From assembly GCA_964035545.1 (NCBI GenBank), contig OZ037766.1, positions 17,633,081-17,697,080 of the forward strand: a stretch of DNA of 64,000 nucleotides, in the 5' to 3' direction. The notes below the pieces were generated by a model, which searched no databases, was not told where the DNA came from, and was given only the letters and a program-made list of their open reading frames with translations. The DNA comes from Bugula neritina. Taxonomy: Eukaryota; Animalia; Bryozoa. Shown here piece after piece: positions 1-41,559 of this stretch. The stretch's first letter is position 1. Every line of letters starts with the position of its first letter. Made by a program: the position numbers and the translations under genes.

Positions 1-407
1 CAAATCAATTAACACAGCCTGGTTATACTCTCTCTCCACCCCTTCAGCCTATTGGGGGTTTTAAGTAGTCATTAGATGATACACTAATTAACACAATTAT
101 GCACTAATCTTTAGATAGTCATGATTTTTGACAGGGTTCAGCTTGCTTAAACAGCCAAGCAATATGGTTGAAACGATTTGTATTACAATGCAAGTAATTT
201 TTATTCTTAATATATTTACATTTAACAATCCATATATAAACTTATTTAAAATTTATCTACTTACTGCTTTCAAAACTTTACAGCCACAAAAATAAGCCGT
301 TCACACTTTGCATACTAACAAACATGGTACTTAGAAAATATTGACCATTATTGATGAGTTTCGAACAAGTTTACTGAGTGAGATAACTAAAAAGGAAAGG
401 AATTCAC

Positions 408-15539
<15,132 letters not shown>

Positions 15540-16074
15540 GCGCTGCCTATGCAGCAGCAAGTTATATTATCATTATGGTATGTACTAACAATTCATACAT
15601 TCAAAAATTAAGCTTCTTATAATTTATTGTGCAGACAGTATGTTTAGAACATACTTTTCTACATTAGTGCAAGCACTAAGCTACAATTTTCTGCTGTAAC
15701 AAAAATTCAAACAGGTATTCAGCACAAGGGTAAAAGATGTTAATAATAGAGAAAATATTAATTTACAAAATAGCTTTTCCAGAAAACATTTATGAACAAC
15801 ATATGAAGTTTTATATCCAAATCTGACTTTAAATTATTCAAAATTTCAATATATTATTAAGATCCATGAATAAGGATTAGAGAATTAGTATTTAGTAAAA
15901 TTTTTCACACCATTCAAGCTACTAATGTCACGCTAACTGAGTAGCTATACCGTTAGTTTTTTTTAAAGAAAAAATATTACAGTTGCTTAGTGTTAGCTTG
16001 CAGAAATGTGTTCAATTGCCTCAGTTGACTGTTATATTATTGATCCTGCATAATATAATGAGAATAACTCTTAC

Positions 16075-16140
16075 CCATCATGATGGTGTGACTGTTCTAT
16101 AATAATGGATGTATGACAATCAATTTCCCTGCTTATATAT
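16075..16140 (-). promoter_or_regulatory. Candidate TATA box and short first exon of the TEP/CD109 gene
   Basis: Minus strand reads TATATAAG (~16132-16139), then about 25-30 nt later TTGTCATAC, then a short segment ending ATGATGG|gtaag (donor after 16075). Confidence 0.35.
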
Positions 16141-18094
16141 TCTCTATTACAAACAAGGCACCAATCAGGTAGCAGGAAAAGATAAATATGATTAAAGTGA
16201 TTCATCACTTCGGAATATCTTGATAAGGAAATGCATAGGGAGGGAAGCCAAAGTCTAATGTTGTTCGAGGGTGCTGTGAGACCAAAACAGGATGTGAGCC
16301 TCAAAACTACAAAATTTACTTCTACTTTATACTCTGCACTTTATTTTTGAGTCTATTGCATGATGAAACTTGACAAGGTTGTGATAACTATCAAAACAGC
16401 TATGTGTATAATTGTTATAGTGTACAGTGCTACAAAACTTATATAATATATGGTTGAAACTATTTCAATTCTGCACGATTTGTATACTATATGTTGCTAG
16501 AAGTATTCTGTAGAAGCTCTGGAATAATACACTGATCTTTAAATCATTGTTCACCAGTTCATAACCATAATTATTATACTTGACCAATGAGCACCAGCAT
16601 TAGCTCACAAATCCAGGGAGCACTACACATCATTTATAATGTCCTGGTCGCAATCTCTAAATAATCTACTGAACACTGAAATTTCTTTAATAAGCACAGT
16701 CTTTCAATATGTATATTTGTATCTAGAAAATGGCTTTGTTATTTTATAATCTAGGTCAATTTGGAAAATCAGAGTTGAAAATATATGCAAAGTTTTCACA
16801 AATCAGAATAGATTCTGTTTCGAAGCAGAATAAAAAACTACAAATTCTGCCAACTTTGTAAAACGTTTCTTTTCTCATAAATAAAAGCTTCTTAGCAATT
16901 TTTAAAATGAAAATACTAGTCAATTTGTTAGCTTCCTAATGTCATAACTTACAAAATATTTAAGATGATTGCAATAAATCAGATAAATAAATAAATAAAA
17001 AACATTGTAGGTTATTACATATAAAAGATACTTATAACTATTGCTTACATTTTGTAACTCTTAGTTTATCCCTGTCTCCTTTATAAGTATATATTTCCAC
17101 CAATTATGATAGAATCATGACCCTCAAGCCCCAAACCCCAAACTCCAAACCCAATAGATTAACAAATGCAATTTCAATGGAGGCATTGTTTGTAGGTTTT
17201 GTGGTCTCATTTGAATGACAAGTTCTCAAGGATCTAATGCTTAGAAATATAGTAATGCACAGCTCATTTTAATACTTATTGCCTTAGCATTTGACTTTAA
17301 AACCAATCATATCACATACCATGAATATTTTAGTAACAATCATTTGCTAGAGTTCAAGCTACGAAACCTCATTAGCTCATAATTATCTTTATATTAATTT
17401 CAAAGAGATGGTAATAAACTATATAAATACAAGTAGCAAAGTCTTTAGAAACTCACCAAAAGGCTTCTGCCAAGTAAACTTTTCAATGGCCTTTTAGCCA
17501 GAGCCTTTTTATGTAGCATTGCATGGCAATGTAGACTAAACGATCCCGTATAGACGGTATAGTGGTAACCAAGTAATGGTCTGTCAAATAATAAAGATTG
17601 TACTAAAGTGAGGAGGCTATTTTCTTTGAGTTGATCATATTATATCTCTAGCACAAATTTATAGCTTGACAAAATAGTAGGAACAGATCATCTTTAAACT
17701 ATAAACATGCACCATAAAATCAGTGCATTATTTAATTTATGCCAGGAGTTTCAAAGCAGCCTGACTGAGCAACAATATTATGCCTATTACATTGCTGATT
17801 TTCATTATAGGAAATGTCTGCATTATGTCCGCCATAACTGTAGACTACCTCCTGGCTTCTGTTTGGTTTACTGTCAATAATCTGCATGAGATTATATAAA
17901 CAAGGAAGCTTATTTCCTTGTCTATTATGATAGAAGTGATGATTTACCCTGACAAATATGCAACATGCAATCAACCTCTCAACATGCCACTGGCAATAAA
18001 CTGTACTATGATACCGGACAGTAATGGTGTACCCATTCAGCATATTTTGATTAAAACATATTAATGTTGAGCAAAAATATAACACTCAGTGTTT

Positions 18095-18460
18095 GGTAAA
18101 AATGGCACAGAAAAATGGCATGGTAAAAATGGCATAAGTAATAATGGCACAGATAACAATGGCAAAAATGAAAAAGTAGGTAAAATGGCATACTGATGCT
18201 AAATTTTCCCAGAATCAAACCGCAAACTCAAACTCCAACTCCATAACCCTGCACCCCCAACCCCAAAGTTAAACTCGAAACCCCCACACCCCTAAACTTA
18301 AACTCTCACCTTTAAACTCAAACCCAAACCTCTACTTCAAACTCCCAATCCCAAACTCAAATCCCAAACCCCAATTTTGAAAAAATGCTGCCTTTTCCTA
18401 CTTAATTTTCAATTGTACCACAATTACCTGCATGTGCCATTTTTACTTGTGCCATTTCTA
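18095..18460. mobile_element. Non-autonomous element with inverted GGTAAAAATGGCACA arrays and a degenerate (CCCAAA/CTCAAA)n core
   Basis: Left tandem GGTAAAAATGGCACA-like units, right TGTGCCATTTTTAC units; sibling at 19310-19537 and a core-only fragment at ~17125-17155. Confidence 0.65.
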
Positions 18461-19309
18461 TCAGATGCTTTAAAATGCTATTTGACTAGCTGTAGTAGCA
18501 AGAATTGAACCATAGCTGCATACTACACTCAGAATGCTTTATGCACTGTCACAATATACTTATACACTCTTCACAGTCTACACCAATATTATGTCATTAT
18601 TACACAGTGGTTGGTTTCTAACATTTTCATTATAATATAGTTTGATTTTATTTTATCTTTGTCAACTCATCATTAACATGGAATGATACCGTCTATCTAG
18701 CACCATTACTAGTGACTATTACTAGAACTAGTACTAGATATATACTAGCGACTATTACTAGAATTAGTACTACTTATAAACAGTGTCAAAGTATGTTTGA
18801 AGTTTTAATCAAACACTGGTTAGTGTTTAAGCTAGTATAGCAATGCTGATATAGTGTTAATAAGTTGTGCTATGATACCTGTTAGTCACTTTACTGGTTC
18901 TTCAGAGCTATTGGAGACAAACAGATTCAACTTTTAACCACTGGAATACATCAATGTATACTGTATAATTTTATTTCAGTATTTTCAACCTCTTTAATTC
19001 CTTTCCTTACTAATTGATAAAATAGCACTTTCAGTAACTATGTAGCTTTAATTACAATGCTGTTAAAAACTATAGATATTACTGTAATTCAATGGCCTCT
19101 CATCATTACTAACCCAGTTATTTTACTATACAACTCTTTATCAAATATAGTTGAAAATTGATTTCAAAATAGCTAAAACCAAAGCTATAAATATATGCAT
19201 TTTACCTAATTATGCTCTGCTAAATAATTGCAGAAAATGCAATCAACTATATAGGCTACTCTAAATTCTAAAAATGATACCTATTCACTGTATGTAGTAT
19301 TCTGATTTT

Positions 19310-19537
19310 AGGTAAAAATTACACCAATAAAAATTGCATAGATAATAAAGGTGCAGGTAATAATGGCACAAATGGATAAATATAGGTAAAGACTGCTCTC
19401 TAATGTTAAATTTTCCCAAACCCCAAACTCAGGCCCAAACTCAGGTCCCCAAACAAAATCCCTTATCCTTAACCCCAATATTAAAAATGTGCCATTTTAC
19501 CTACCTGTCCATTTTTATCTGTGTCGTTTTTACCTGA
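19310..19537. mobile_element. Second copy of the 18095-18460 family
   Basis: Same left and right repeat units and CCCAAAC core. Confidence 0.6.
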
Positions 19538-20166
19538 GTACCTAGTGTTTTACATAGGCATTCTATTATATATATTATCTTGGTAAAACACTAACAATTA
19601 CTGTTAATTTAGTAATTTGCTTGACATGAGTTTTACTTGACAAGTTTATTTTGGACTCTGATTTGATTTTGTGAGGATATTCATTGAATGTTTTTATGCG
19701 AAGTGGCTTTGTTCCTGCCACTATAAATAGGGTATGGTCATATACATACATATAGTAATAATACATATATAGTTGCATGTGTATAGGTGCATCTACAAAC
19801 ATTATATACTTTTTGACAATTGTATCAGTGATGGCCATTGAATATCTTGTCTCTTGACTATTGCTAACTATCAGCACTATTCGCAGATGTCAAACAAATA
19901 TAGCTTCTAGTTCAGATAATACAGCTGAAATATCTTAAACCAAGGCTCATTAAAACTAAATTATTGCTATAAGTTTGACCCGTGTGGGTTACACTGTAAG
20001 GCATCTAAGTTATTTTGTAGAATATGTTACATAGTGCGAAGACTTTGGAGTTTTGTGGAATGCTAAATGGTCAAACTTTCACTCATTAGTTTATCCCAGA
20101 TGATCACAATACGGTTATTCTTTTTCATAATTATGCTTGTAAAAGCTCTCATAAGTCTATAATTTG

Positions 20167-20728
20167 TGTAAGGAAAACTTACTAGTTGCACCTAGATATT
20201 GCTTTTCAAGCTCGCCTAATGGCTCCACTGTTTGGCCCTATGTTTGTCACCGGTGGAAGGGGTTTGGTTTTGGGTACCGCTCTCGCGTCTCTGAGACTTG
20301 GGGCTACTGGTTGGCCTGATAGCCGGATAGCCAATTTGCTGCCGGTTTTGAGTCAGCAAAAGTAGATGGTATTTTTATAGTAGTCAGTTCAGTTTAGTAA
20401 GCCTTGTGTAGTAGCAATCATATTAATTTAGAAATCAATATTTACATACTGGTACTAGTATTATTGTGGGATTGTTTATTAGAGACCACAGATTAGTTTG
20501 CCTATTGTATCTAGAATTGTGTCATATTGTATCTAGTCTGTGAACATTTTCCCTTATTAAATTGCAGTATCTATACTGTTATGGTTATTCTTACATTTTG
20601 CATTATTTTATCTGCTGCCAAGTTTACTGCTCACATTTTAAAGTATATTATTTGTGATATATCCTTATATATGCATTATAGGTTTCCCGGTACAATACAA
20701 CATTATTAACCAGTGAAATTGCCTTACA
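20167..20728. mobile_element. Probable solo LTR
   Basis: TGTAAGG...CCTTACA termini, flanks ATTTG / ATTTC (5-bp TSD, 1 mismatch), GC-rich 5' part. Confidence 0.55.
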
Positions 20729-21421
20729 ATTTCATTAGCAAACAAAAGTTTTAAGAGTTTTTCTTAAAAAACTCTCCAATTTTCTCCCACCTTCATTATT
20801 CATGCTCTTAAGTTAATTATTTGGCCTCATACTGTTGTTATTCATACACATATTCCTACTTCTCCCTCTGCTATAATAATATGCTCATATTCACTCTCAT
20901 GCATACCCTTATTATTGCTCTGTTTTATTGTTATAATTTAGCCTACTTAATTTTTGAGTATAAGTTGGGAACGTGAAAGACATTTGTGAACTGTTTACAT
21001 GTAAGATTGTATTAAAGTTATAAAAGTGATAGCTTAAACTGCATGAGCAAAACACCAAATTATAATGTGGAAGTAACAGTGAAATAATACAGAAGGTATG
21101 AATAAAGCTGTTATAAAAGATGGAGCACGAGAAGTTGCCTGCCCATGAAAAAAATTAAAAAAAATGCATTGACTATACAGGTCATAACAATCAAGAACAA
21201 ATTTAAAAGTCTTATATTTCTACATTTACTAGTATAATAAAAAAATAATCTAATAAAGCTAAAAATAAATTATTAGTTCAGTTATGTAAAATATTACCAT
21301 AAAAATATAAATACTATTAGGTATGCCTTTATTATAATACAGTATACACTATGAGTTCATTATGATATTCTTATAGCATCAAATATTTTTCACGTATTGC
21401 AAAATTTTGTAAAATTTAATT

Positions 21422-34020
<12,599 letters not shown>

Positions 34021-34129
34021 TTCACCAAAAATCTGCCTTGAACTAAAAATAGAAATAATTAAAAAATAGCTCTTTTAGTCCATTAGATTTTCTGCATACA
34101 ACAAATTATTGCAAAAGGTATTACATATT

Positions 34130-34255
34130 TGTGTACTTCAAATTCGCCACTATTCGAAAATGACAATTGGAAATCACTTATTTGGAAAATGAACAATTCA
34201 CAGACAATTAGAAAATGGACATTTAGAAAATGACATTTGGAAGATGAAGAATATT
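34130..34255. repeat. Short degenerate tandem array (GAAAATGACAxTT) next to the Gypsy 5' break
   Basis: Four to five ~14-nt units; probably a DNA-element remnant. Confidence 0.4.
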
Positions 34256-34384
34256 CAACATGGACTAGTCTGGAGGGACGTTCAGAATCCGGCCAGTTAT
34301 AAAAAGTGGATTTCACTAATAAATATAAAGTTTGACCTACCATGGAAGTAGAATTACTTACGGAATAATTTCGGCCACCCCTCA

Positions 34385-37300
34385 GTGGGAGGCGTGCAGG
34401 TAGTACGAAACTGTACTGTACCAGGCTGTTTGAACCAACTGACTGCGCGAGTAGAGATCTTGGTGCAGTGCGTAAACTCTTTTACCGAGTCCATTAAGCT
34501 ACCAGCTGGATCTATGCTGGGCCGGTTCCACTCTGTCCAAGAAGAGGACGTGGGCCCGTCACTGGGAGATGCGAGAGAAGAGCTCCCTCAATGCCCTAAA
34601 AAGGGGCGAGGAACTGTCCCAACACACATCAGAGAGTTATACGAGACAGCCTGTGGTGGCTGTGCGAGCAACGAGGAACGCCAGGCTATGGCGAAGTTGC
34701 TACACGACTACAGTGATGTGTTCAGCAGCGGAGATCACGACGTGGGACTGACTGGAGCTGTCAGACACGAGATACCGCTGACTGCAGGGACAGTCCCTAT
34801 TTGGCAACCCACACGCAGGTTGGGGCCAGAGAAAGAGAAGGAGGTCAGCCGACAAGTCCGGGATCTTCTGGACCGCGGCCTCATCGAGCCAGCCCACAGT
34901 GCGTGGAGTTCGCCGGTCATATTGGTCCGGAAGAAAGACGGCAGTTGGCGGTTCTGTGTGGACTACCGCAAGCTCAATAGCGTGACCATACAGGACCCCT
35001 ACCCTCTACCTCGTATTGATGAATCACTGGAAGCCCTAGCCGGCAGCAAGTACTTCAGTACGTTAGACTTGTTGAGCGGTTACTGGCAGGTCCCTCTGAG
35101 TCCCGACGCCCAGAAGAAGGTGGCGTTTATCACACGGGACAGACTGTGAAAGTGGAAGATGCTGCCCTTCGGGTTAACCTCCGCCTCGGCCACCTTTCAG
35201 AGGCTGATGGAGCAAGTCCTCAGCGGACTCCACTGGAAAACACTGCTGATCTACCTCGATGACGTCATCGTGATCTCCCCAGACTTTGAGACGCACGTCA
35301 GTCGTCTGCGGGATGTTTTCGAAAGACCCAGAAGTGCCGGTCTGAAGCTGAAACCTTCCCAGTGCACTCTATTGCAGCCGGAAGTTAATTACCTGGGGCA
35401 CGTTGTCGGTTGAAACGGCGTGGCAACGGATCCCGAGAAAGTACGGGCGATAGAGGACTGGATCACCCCCCAAGATTTGACCGGACTCCGGGCTTTCTTG
35501 GGTCTGGTGGGGTATTACAGGCAATACATACCAGACTTTGCGGGAATAGCACAGCCGTTTAACCGGCTCACCGCAAAGGGAGTGACGTGGCAGTGGACCC
35601 CGGTCGAACGGGCGCTCGACCGCCTCAAGGGTTGCCTACTTACGGCACCCGTCTTGGCCTACCCAGACCCCACTCTGGAGTACATCCTTGACACAGACGC
35701 CAGTGACCAGAATGTTGGCGCTGTGCTGTCCCAAGTGCAGAAAGGCCGAGAAGTAGTAGTAGCTTACTACAGCAATTCTCTCTCACCCACTGAACGAAAT
35801 TAGTGCACTACCCGCAAGAAGTTGCTGGCAGTAATCAAGTCAGTGAAGCACTTTAGACCATACCTGTACGGCAGGAAGTTCCGGCTGCGTACGGATCATG
35901 CCTTCCTGATTTGGTTGTGCAAGACAGCAGAGCCGTCCAGTCATGTCGCCCGGTGGCTCGAAATCTTAGCTGAATTCTCCTACCGGATCGAACACCGGCT
36001 GGGCAGGAAGCACAGCAATGCGGATGGTTTGAGCCGGCGACCTAATGGAGGTTGTAAACAGTGCCTCAACATCGAAAAAAGGGATGGAGGTCCCCCACGA
36101 TGTGAGTTAGAGACGCTGGCTCACCACGGAGCACAGTTTGACTGGGACCAGGGTCAACTCCAACAGAAGATTGACGAGTCCCCGGGGGTTGTACAAAACC
36201 TCCACGCCAACCCTGTTTTGGCCGAGAATGTCCGGGAGCTGAAAAAGCTTCAGGAAGAGCTGCCCGGAGTAGTGGCAGACATATATCGGGCCAAGAAGGA
36301 AGGGCGACGACCCAGCGAGGAACAACTACGGCAGGAATGCGCCGAGTTCCGGCTATTCTGCCAACGTTGGGACTCGCTGAAGATCGGGCAAGATGGTCTG
36401 CTGACCATTTCTTTAGCCGCCAACGGCAGACACCCGGAGAGGAAGAGGGTGGTCTGCCCCACTGCCATACGCCGTGAGTTAATTTGGGACACTCACAAAC
36501 AGGCTCACGCAGAAGTCAAGAGAGTGATCTCCAAATTGCAACTCCGGTGGTACTGGCCCAAGATTGGGCGTGATATCCGACTCAGAGTAAAACAGTGTGA
36601 AATCTGCCAGGCCAGCAAGCATGGCCGTCTCCCTAGTGAAGCGGGACGGCAAAGGTTATATGCTGGAAGGCCGTGGCAAGTAGTAGCTGTCGACCTGGTC
36701 GGACCCATGCCCCTAACCCCCAGAGGCAACAGTTGGATCTTAGTATTAACTGACCACTTCACTAGGTTGGCGGACGCTCTGGCGATCCCAGATGCGTCAG
36801 CTCCGACAGTGGCCCGGGTGCTAAACCAACATATATTCTGTTACTTTGGTCTCCCTGAACAGATACACTCTGACCAAGGCGCTCAGTTCCAGTCTCAACT
36901 GATGAGTGACCTTTGCCGCCTCAGTAAATTAGAGCAGGACCATCCCTTACCACCTCCAAGGTAACGGGGTGGTGGAGCGCAATAACCGAATGCTAGGTGA
37001 TGCGCTCCGGAGTCTACTCCTTGGACGCAGTCAGGAGGAATGGGACACGGTATTGCCGCAAGTCATGCGCGCATACCGTAGCACCCCACACACCAGTACT
37101 GGTGAGACCCCAAACCTCCTGATGCTCGGGAGAGAGGCTTGTGTCCCTGACCATCTTACCTACCACATTCCAGAGCAGGACAACTCGGTTCACGAGTATG
37201 CCAGCGAAATAGTGGAACGGATGAGGGTCGCACACGAAATGCTGCGGGAGAAGCAGTGGCAGGTGCGGCGCGAGGATTCTGAGGAACCACCGCTCTATCA

Positions 37301-37920
37301 GACAGGAGATTGGGTGTGGATGGTCAATTATCGTAGGCGTCGCAGACAGGCGGCTAAATTACAGCCCAAGTTTGTGGGACCCTACGTGATAGTCGAGGCT
37401 ATGCCCAACCACACCTACAAGATCGAGCACTTAGGACAAGTGTCCATCCAAAATGAGGCTCGCTTGAAGCCGTATTGGGCTAGCCCAGACGCAATGGGAG
37501 AAGCCCCCCCCCTGGTTGTTGGAGCCCAGGAGGCAGACGACAACGCGTGGGCGACAGCGGCATGGACCCGAGTATGAAGTGGACATCCCGCGGGAAGAAG
37601 ACGTGGTACGAGACGAGCGCCCACTTCTATCTACAGAAGTACGCCCGCCGCCTCCTATACCAAGTCTGATACCATCACTTCCAGAAACCGAGCCGGTTCT
37701 GAAAGTGCAAACCCCCACGGAGGGAGGGGCTCCATCCGGAGAACAGGAAGAAGTAACCACTACCGGTGAATTAGAGGCGTCGCCAGTGGCACCTACTAGT
37801 CCACCGGTGAGCGCGCCACCTCCCCTAGAGCGAGGACAACGTACGAGGCAACCCCCATCATATTTAAAAGATTTCGTATGTGACTGCATTCAAAGCGACG
37901 CGTATGAAAGTCTAGAGGGG
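34385..37920 (+). pseudogene. Gypsy pol pseudogene (RT-RNaseH-integrase)
   Basis: Consecutive ORF-track fragments 34385-35149, 35159-35413, 35420-35803, 35822-36964, 36969-37577 and 37516-37959 broken by stops and frameshifts. Confidence 0.9.
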
Positions 37921-38382
37921 AACCGTACGAGAAAAGTATCGAGCAATTGTGGGAGTTGACAGCACCATGGAAATATCAATTTTTGCATCGGCGGAATTAG
38001 AAATCAAATTCATCCGCCGGATGTGCAAAGTCCTAGTCACGCACCCCTACCACGTTGCTCGATCTTTTCTTACGCTGATGCAGTCAAGAGCAGACGTGCC
38101 TTTAGTTTCTAGTACAGACCATTCGCAAACATACCAGATCGTGGGGTGAGTTAACTATGTTCTTGGTACGAAACTAGATTGTATCACTCAGCTCTGACCC
38201 GACTGAGTCAATCGAGCTGGAGATAGGCTAGTGAACTATAGTGGTAGGAACTCAGATTGACTTAGATATTTCACGATCTCACTGCAGTATGTGTTCTCTT
38301 CCAACTATTCACTACCGTAAATCTCTGCGAGTGTTTAACCGAACGAGAAGTTGTCAGGCTGTTTAGGGCCGACAACACTACA

Positions 38383-39102
38383 GTGTATTTTACTAACGCT
38401 GTTGAAACTCTTTCAGGTTACACTCGACCTGCTACAACCGGGGTATGGGATAGAGCACCTCCCGCTCCGCACCACAAAGAGAATGCCAATGACGAACTAC
38501 CCGGGCCACTGCGCCGCCGCTGGCGGTGGGTGCCGCCAGAGACGGAGAGAAAAATAGAGGCTGCATGGGGACTCAAAGGAAGTACACAGTGCCAACTCTG
38601 CTATGAGGATAGCCCGTCTCACCGCGCACTCAGATTACACGTGGATGCCCACTACCTCCTGACATTCTGCCCATTCTGCCCCCGACGTTTACCCGTATCC
38701 AGTTATTAGACATCGAGCAGCTGGATGCTTCTCGGGGGGAAAACTACGTTGTGGCTGCTGATCTATACCTGGAATTCTTAGCATGTGATGAGATATGCTC
38801 GACAACAATTATCGATGGTATCGGACCGACCCCAGATTGTATATTCCCCTGAAGAATTCACCTACCCTGACTAAGAAGAGGAGCTAGCACCCCCCCCTCG
38901 TAAAGTCCCGACCCCATCTCCAGATCGTACTCGCCTGGCTACTGTAGAAGAGCGGCTCCTTCGGCTACAGACCGAATTTACCCAGTTAGCCCCAGACCTA
39001 TTAAGTACCACGACAGGACTCTATCAATTGAAAAGCTCCGTGGGCTGATTTAAAAGGAAGCTACGTGCCCGTCAAGCCAAACACCGGCTCTCCAAGCCAT
39101 GA
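38383..39102 (+). pseudogene. Extra ORF in Gypsy 3' region: C2H2 zinc finger plus C-terminal coiled coil, disrupted
   Basis: CQLC-x12-H-x3-H at ~38590-38652, followed by CPFC; downstream RTRLATVEERLLRLQTEFTQL..LYQLKSSVG*FKRKLRARQAK heptad-like segment. Confidence 0.6.
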
Positions 39103-39408
39103 CTTTGGTTCTCCTTCCTGGAATGATTCGTAAGCCTTACCCTCTTGGGAGTGTTTGACTAACGCTGTGATCATGTAAATGCTTGACAGCTCATCTTCCT
39201 TGTCCACTACCACAGCTAGTGCTACTTCTCTCTCCGTAGCTAACCAATTGTATAATTATGTCGTAACTGCTATAATGATTATGTCTGTCAGTGTTATATA
39301 TATATATATATATCTGTCTGTATTTTTATGTTTTGGTCTACTGATATTATGTGTGCTGATTGTAAATTTTTTTGTATCAGAAAGAGGGCTTTCTGCTGGT
39401 GGGGGCGG

Positions 39409-39755
39409 TGTGGTGGCTCGTGGAGCTACCAGCAGCGTAATAACGGGGAAATGTTATTTGCCCCACGAGTGCTACACGGGGTCATTGAGATGACCCGGAA
39501 CAGCAGACAACCAATCGGCGTGACTGACAGTTTTTAGTAGTAGTAGCTTCCCGCTGTTTAGTGAGTAGAGTTTAAACTGGTGAACTGTATAGACCTTATC
39601 AATTAGCTGAATGTATTTGTGTTACTGTAGTTTTTGTGATGTATCCTTGTGTGTAAAATATATTAGTATTAACTCGAATTATCCTGGCGAAGTTTCTCTA
39701 GCAGAATAAATAGACTCTCTTGATTGCACACCAACCCAATCTGAAAATTATAACA
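39409..39755 (+). repeat. 3' LTR of the Gypsy element
   Basis: TG start immediately after the polypurine tract; polyA signal; CA end. The right boundary is approximate because no second LTR is available for comparison. Confidence 0.6.
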
Positions 39756-41559
39756 ATCGGTCCTGTCTCATTTTAAAGCATTAAAACCAGGTTTTCAACA
39801 CGGGCACTGCCTTAAGGTTGCTAGAAAGCTCTAATCACAAAGGTGAAGGTGTGCAGTCATAAAATGTGAAAACAGTGCAAGATTAAATAGCTTATATAAT
39901 ACAATACCTGAACTAGTTGACTGGTTATTGATGCTTGGTATATGCAAACTACACAACCTCAAGTAGTAGACTGTGTGCAACCTATTCAAGCTATACTCTA
40001 CAATATAGTATATAGTAATAATTGATCACTTGATGAATAACCTTTTATCAACAAGGAAGTTCAGAACAAAACTGCACTGCAGTTGAAATTCCTCAAGCTA
40101 TTATACCAAGAGAAGATAACAATAAAGAAGCAGATACACAAACTTATCAGCAATAGTTTATGCTTAGACTCTAATTTATAGTTAATATCACTATGAGAGC
40201 AGATGTTTGGAAACATTTTCGTTGAATGAAACCCAACCATAAGCCCATGTAAACGCAATCACAAATTCATTTCTACGAAAGTCTGTTCTAGTAGTTCGAA
40301 CCATGGAGTTGCAGCGTAAAACATCTGTATGAATAATAAAATAAACCAAAAGCCACAATGCTACAAGCCAGTTTACATGGTCGGGGAAACATAGCGCAAT
40401 AAATTATAATTATAATGAAAATTATTAGTACCTAATTAGAACATGTTAAACTATCTTGCAAAATTGATTTGAAACATAGTATTCCTGAAAAATACTACAA
40501 GCCCCAACGAAATAGGCTACTCCAAACAATGCTCTTGAACTTATTAGCACATGATCAATATCTATTATATAATATTGACACACTATAGGAAGTTTGTCAT
40601 AGCAGTATTCTAAGGTATACTTTTTATACCACTTTGCAGTGAAGATTAACTTTATTTGCCCCTAAAGTTGGGTACTTCACACATACACAGACCAATGATG
40701 CCACTACAATCATTTATATCAAAAATGTAAACATACAGACACACATACATGTATGTTCAAAATAATATCCTGAAATATTACTAAATAAATATTATTAACT
40801 ACATATGCATGATTAAATAAAAAAAACAAAATGCTAATAGTGGCTATTGACCAATTCTAAACTACATTTTGAGGCATAAGCAGTCCACTTATTCAGTAAA
40901 TCAGTTTTCACACAGTTAAAGGATCATAATAGGTTAATGGCTCAATTTGCCAATCTCTATGTGATTGACAGCTAAGTTGTCACACTAATTGTTTACTGAG
41001 GTGCTACAAATGCAATAAAGCAGTGTACAACTTCTTTAAGTTTGTACTGCTAGTTGAAATGTGTAAGGTTTATATCCGCCTTTAATACCTAAGTTTCACA
41101 CTAATTCTCATCATAGGTTAACTTTGGGAAATTGTGTGTGTTAAGAGTTTAAAATTAACAGAAATGAATGCTTAGTTATTTGACTGTATATGAACCTATT
41201 CAATTAATTAGAAAATCAACACATGAAACTATTATGGTGTCTTAAAAAGTAGAAAGTAGTGGTATGACAGCAACTGTCTGTACTTAAACAAATTTATTTA
41301 TTTATCTTAATGTTGTAATTTTGGTGCAAAAATACATTTGACATAAATTAAATTGAGTGAATTAAAATAAAAAAATTACATGCATTACCGTAGTAATATC
41401 TAATATACTATATGCACTATTGCTTTGAAATTAAGTACCGAACCTCAAAAAATTGACTATAGTACAGTATAAATAAATAACAGTAAAAAATAATAAGCAA
41501 GTGTTTACATAATCATGTTGATTGTGAAAGCTTAAAGTGAATGTACAGCTACAATGCAA

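Larger units (their letters stand above)
34380..39755 (+). mobile_element. Ty3/Gypsy LTR retrotransposon, 5'-truncated and decayed (RT, RNase H, integrase, extra 3' ORF, PPT, 3' LTR)
   Basis: RT motifs WRFCVDYRKLN, LPFGL, YLDD; RNase H DTDAS..TDH; integrase HHCC plus DLVGP..HSDQG..VERNNR, KFVGPY; sharp GC-content shift from host. In-frame stops (e.g. ~35147, 35411, 35801) and frameshifts. PPT GGTGGGGGCGG directly before TGTGG at 39409; AATAAA at ~39705; likely LTR end ..TAACA ~39755. No gag or 5' LTR seen. Confidence 0.93.

Noticed and set aside
17732-18085. 117-aa minus-strand ORF (and the 100-aa ORF at 19575-19877)
   Set aside because: No motifs or convincing splice context; likely chance frames in intergenic DNA.
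34569-37889. Antisense and alternate-frame ORFs inside the Gypsy element
   Set aside because: Shadow ORFs of GC-rich pol sequence with no recognisable motifs.
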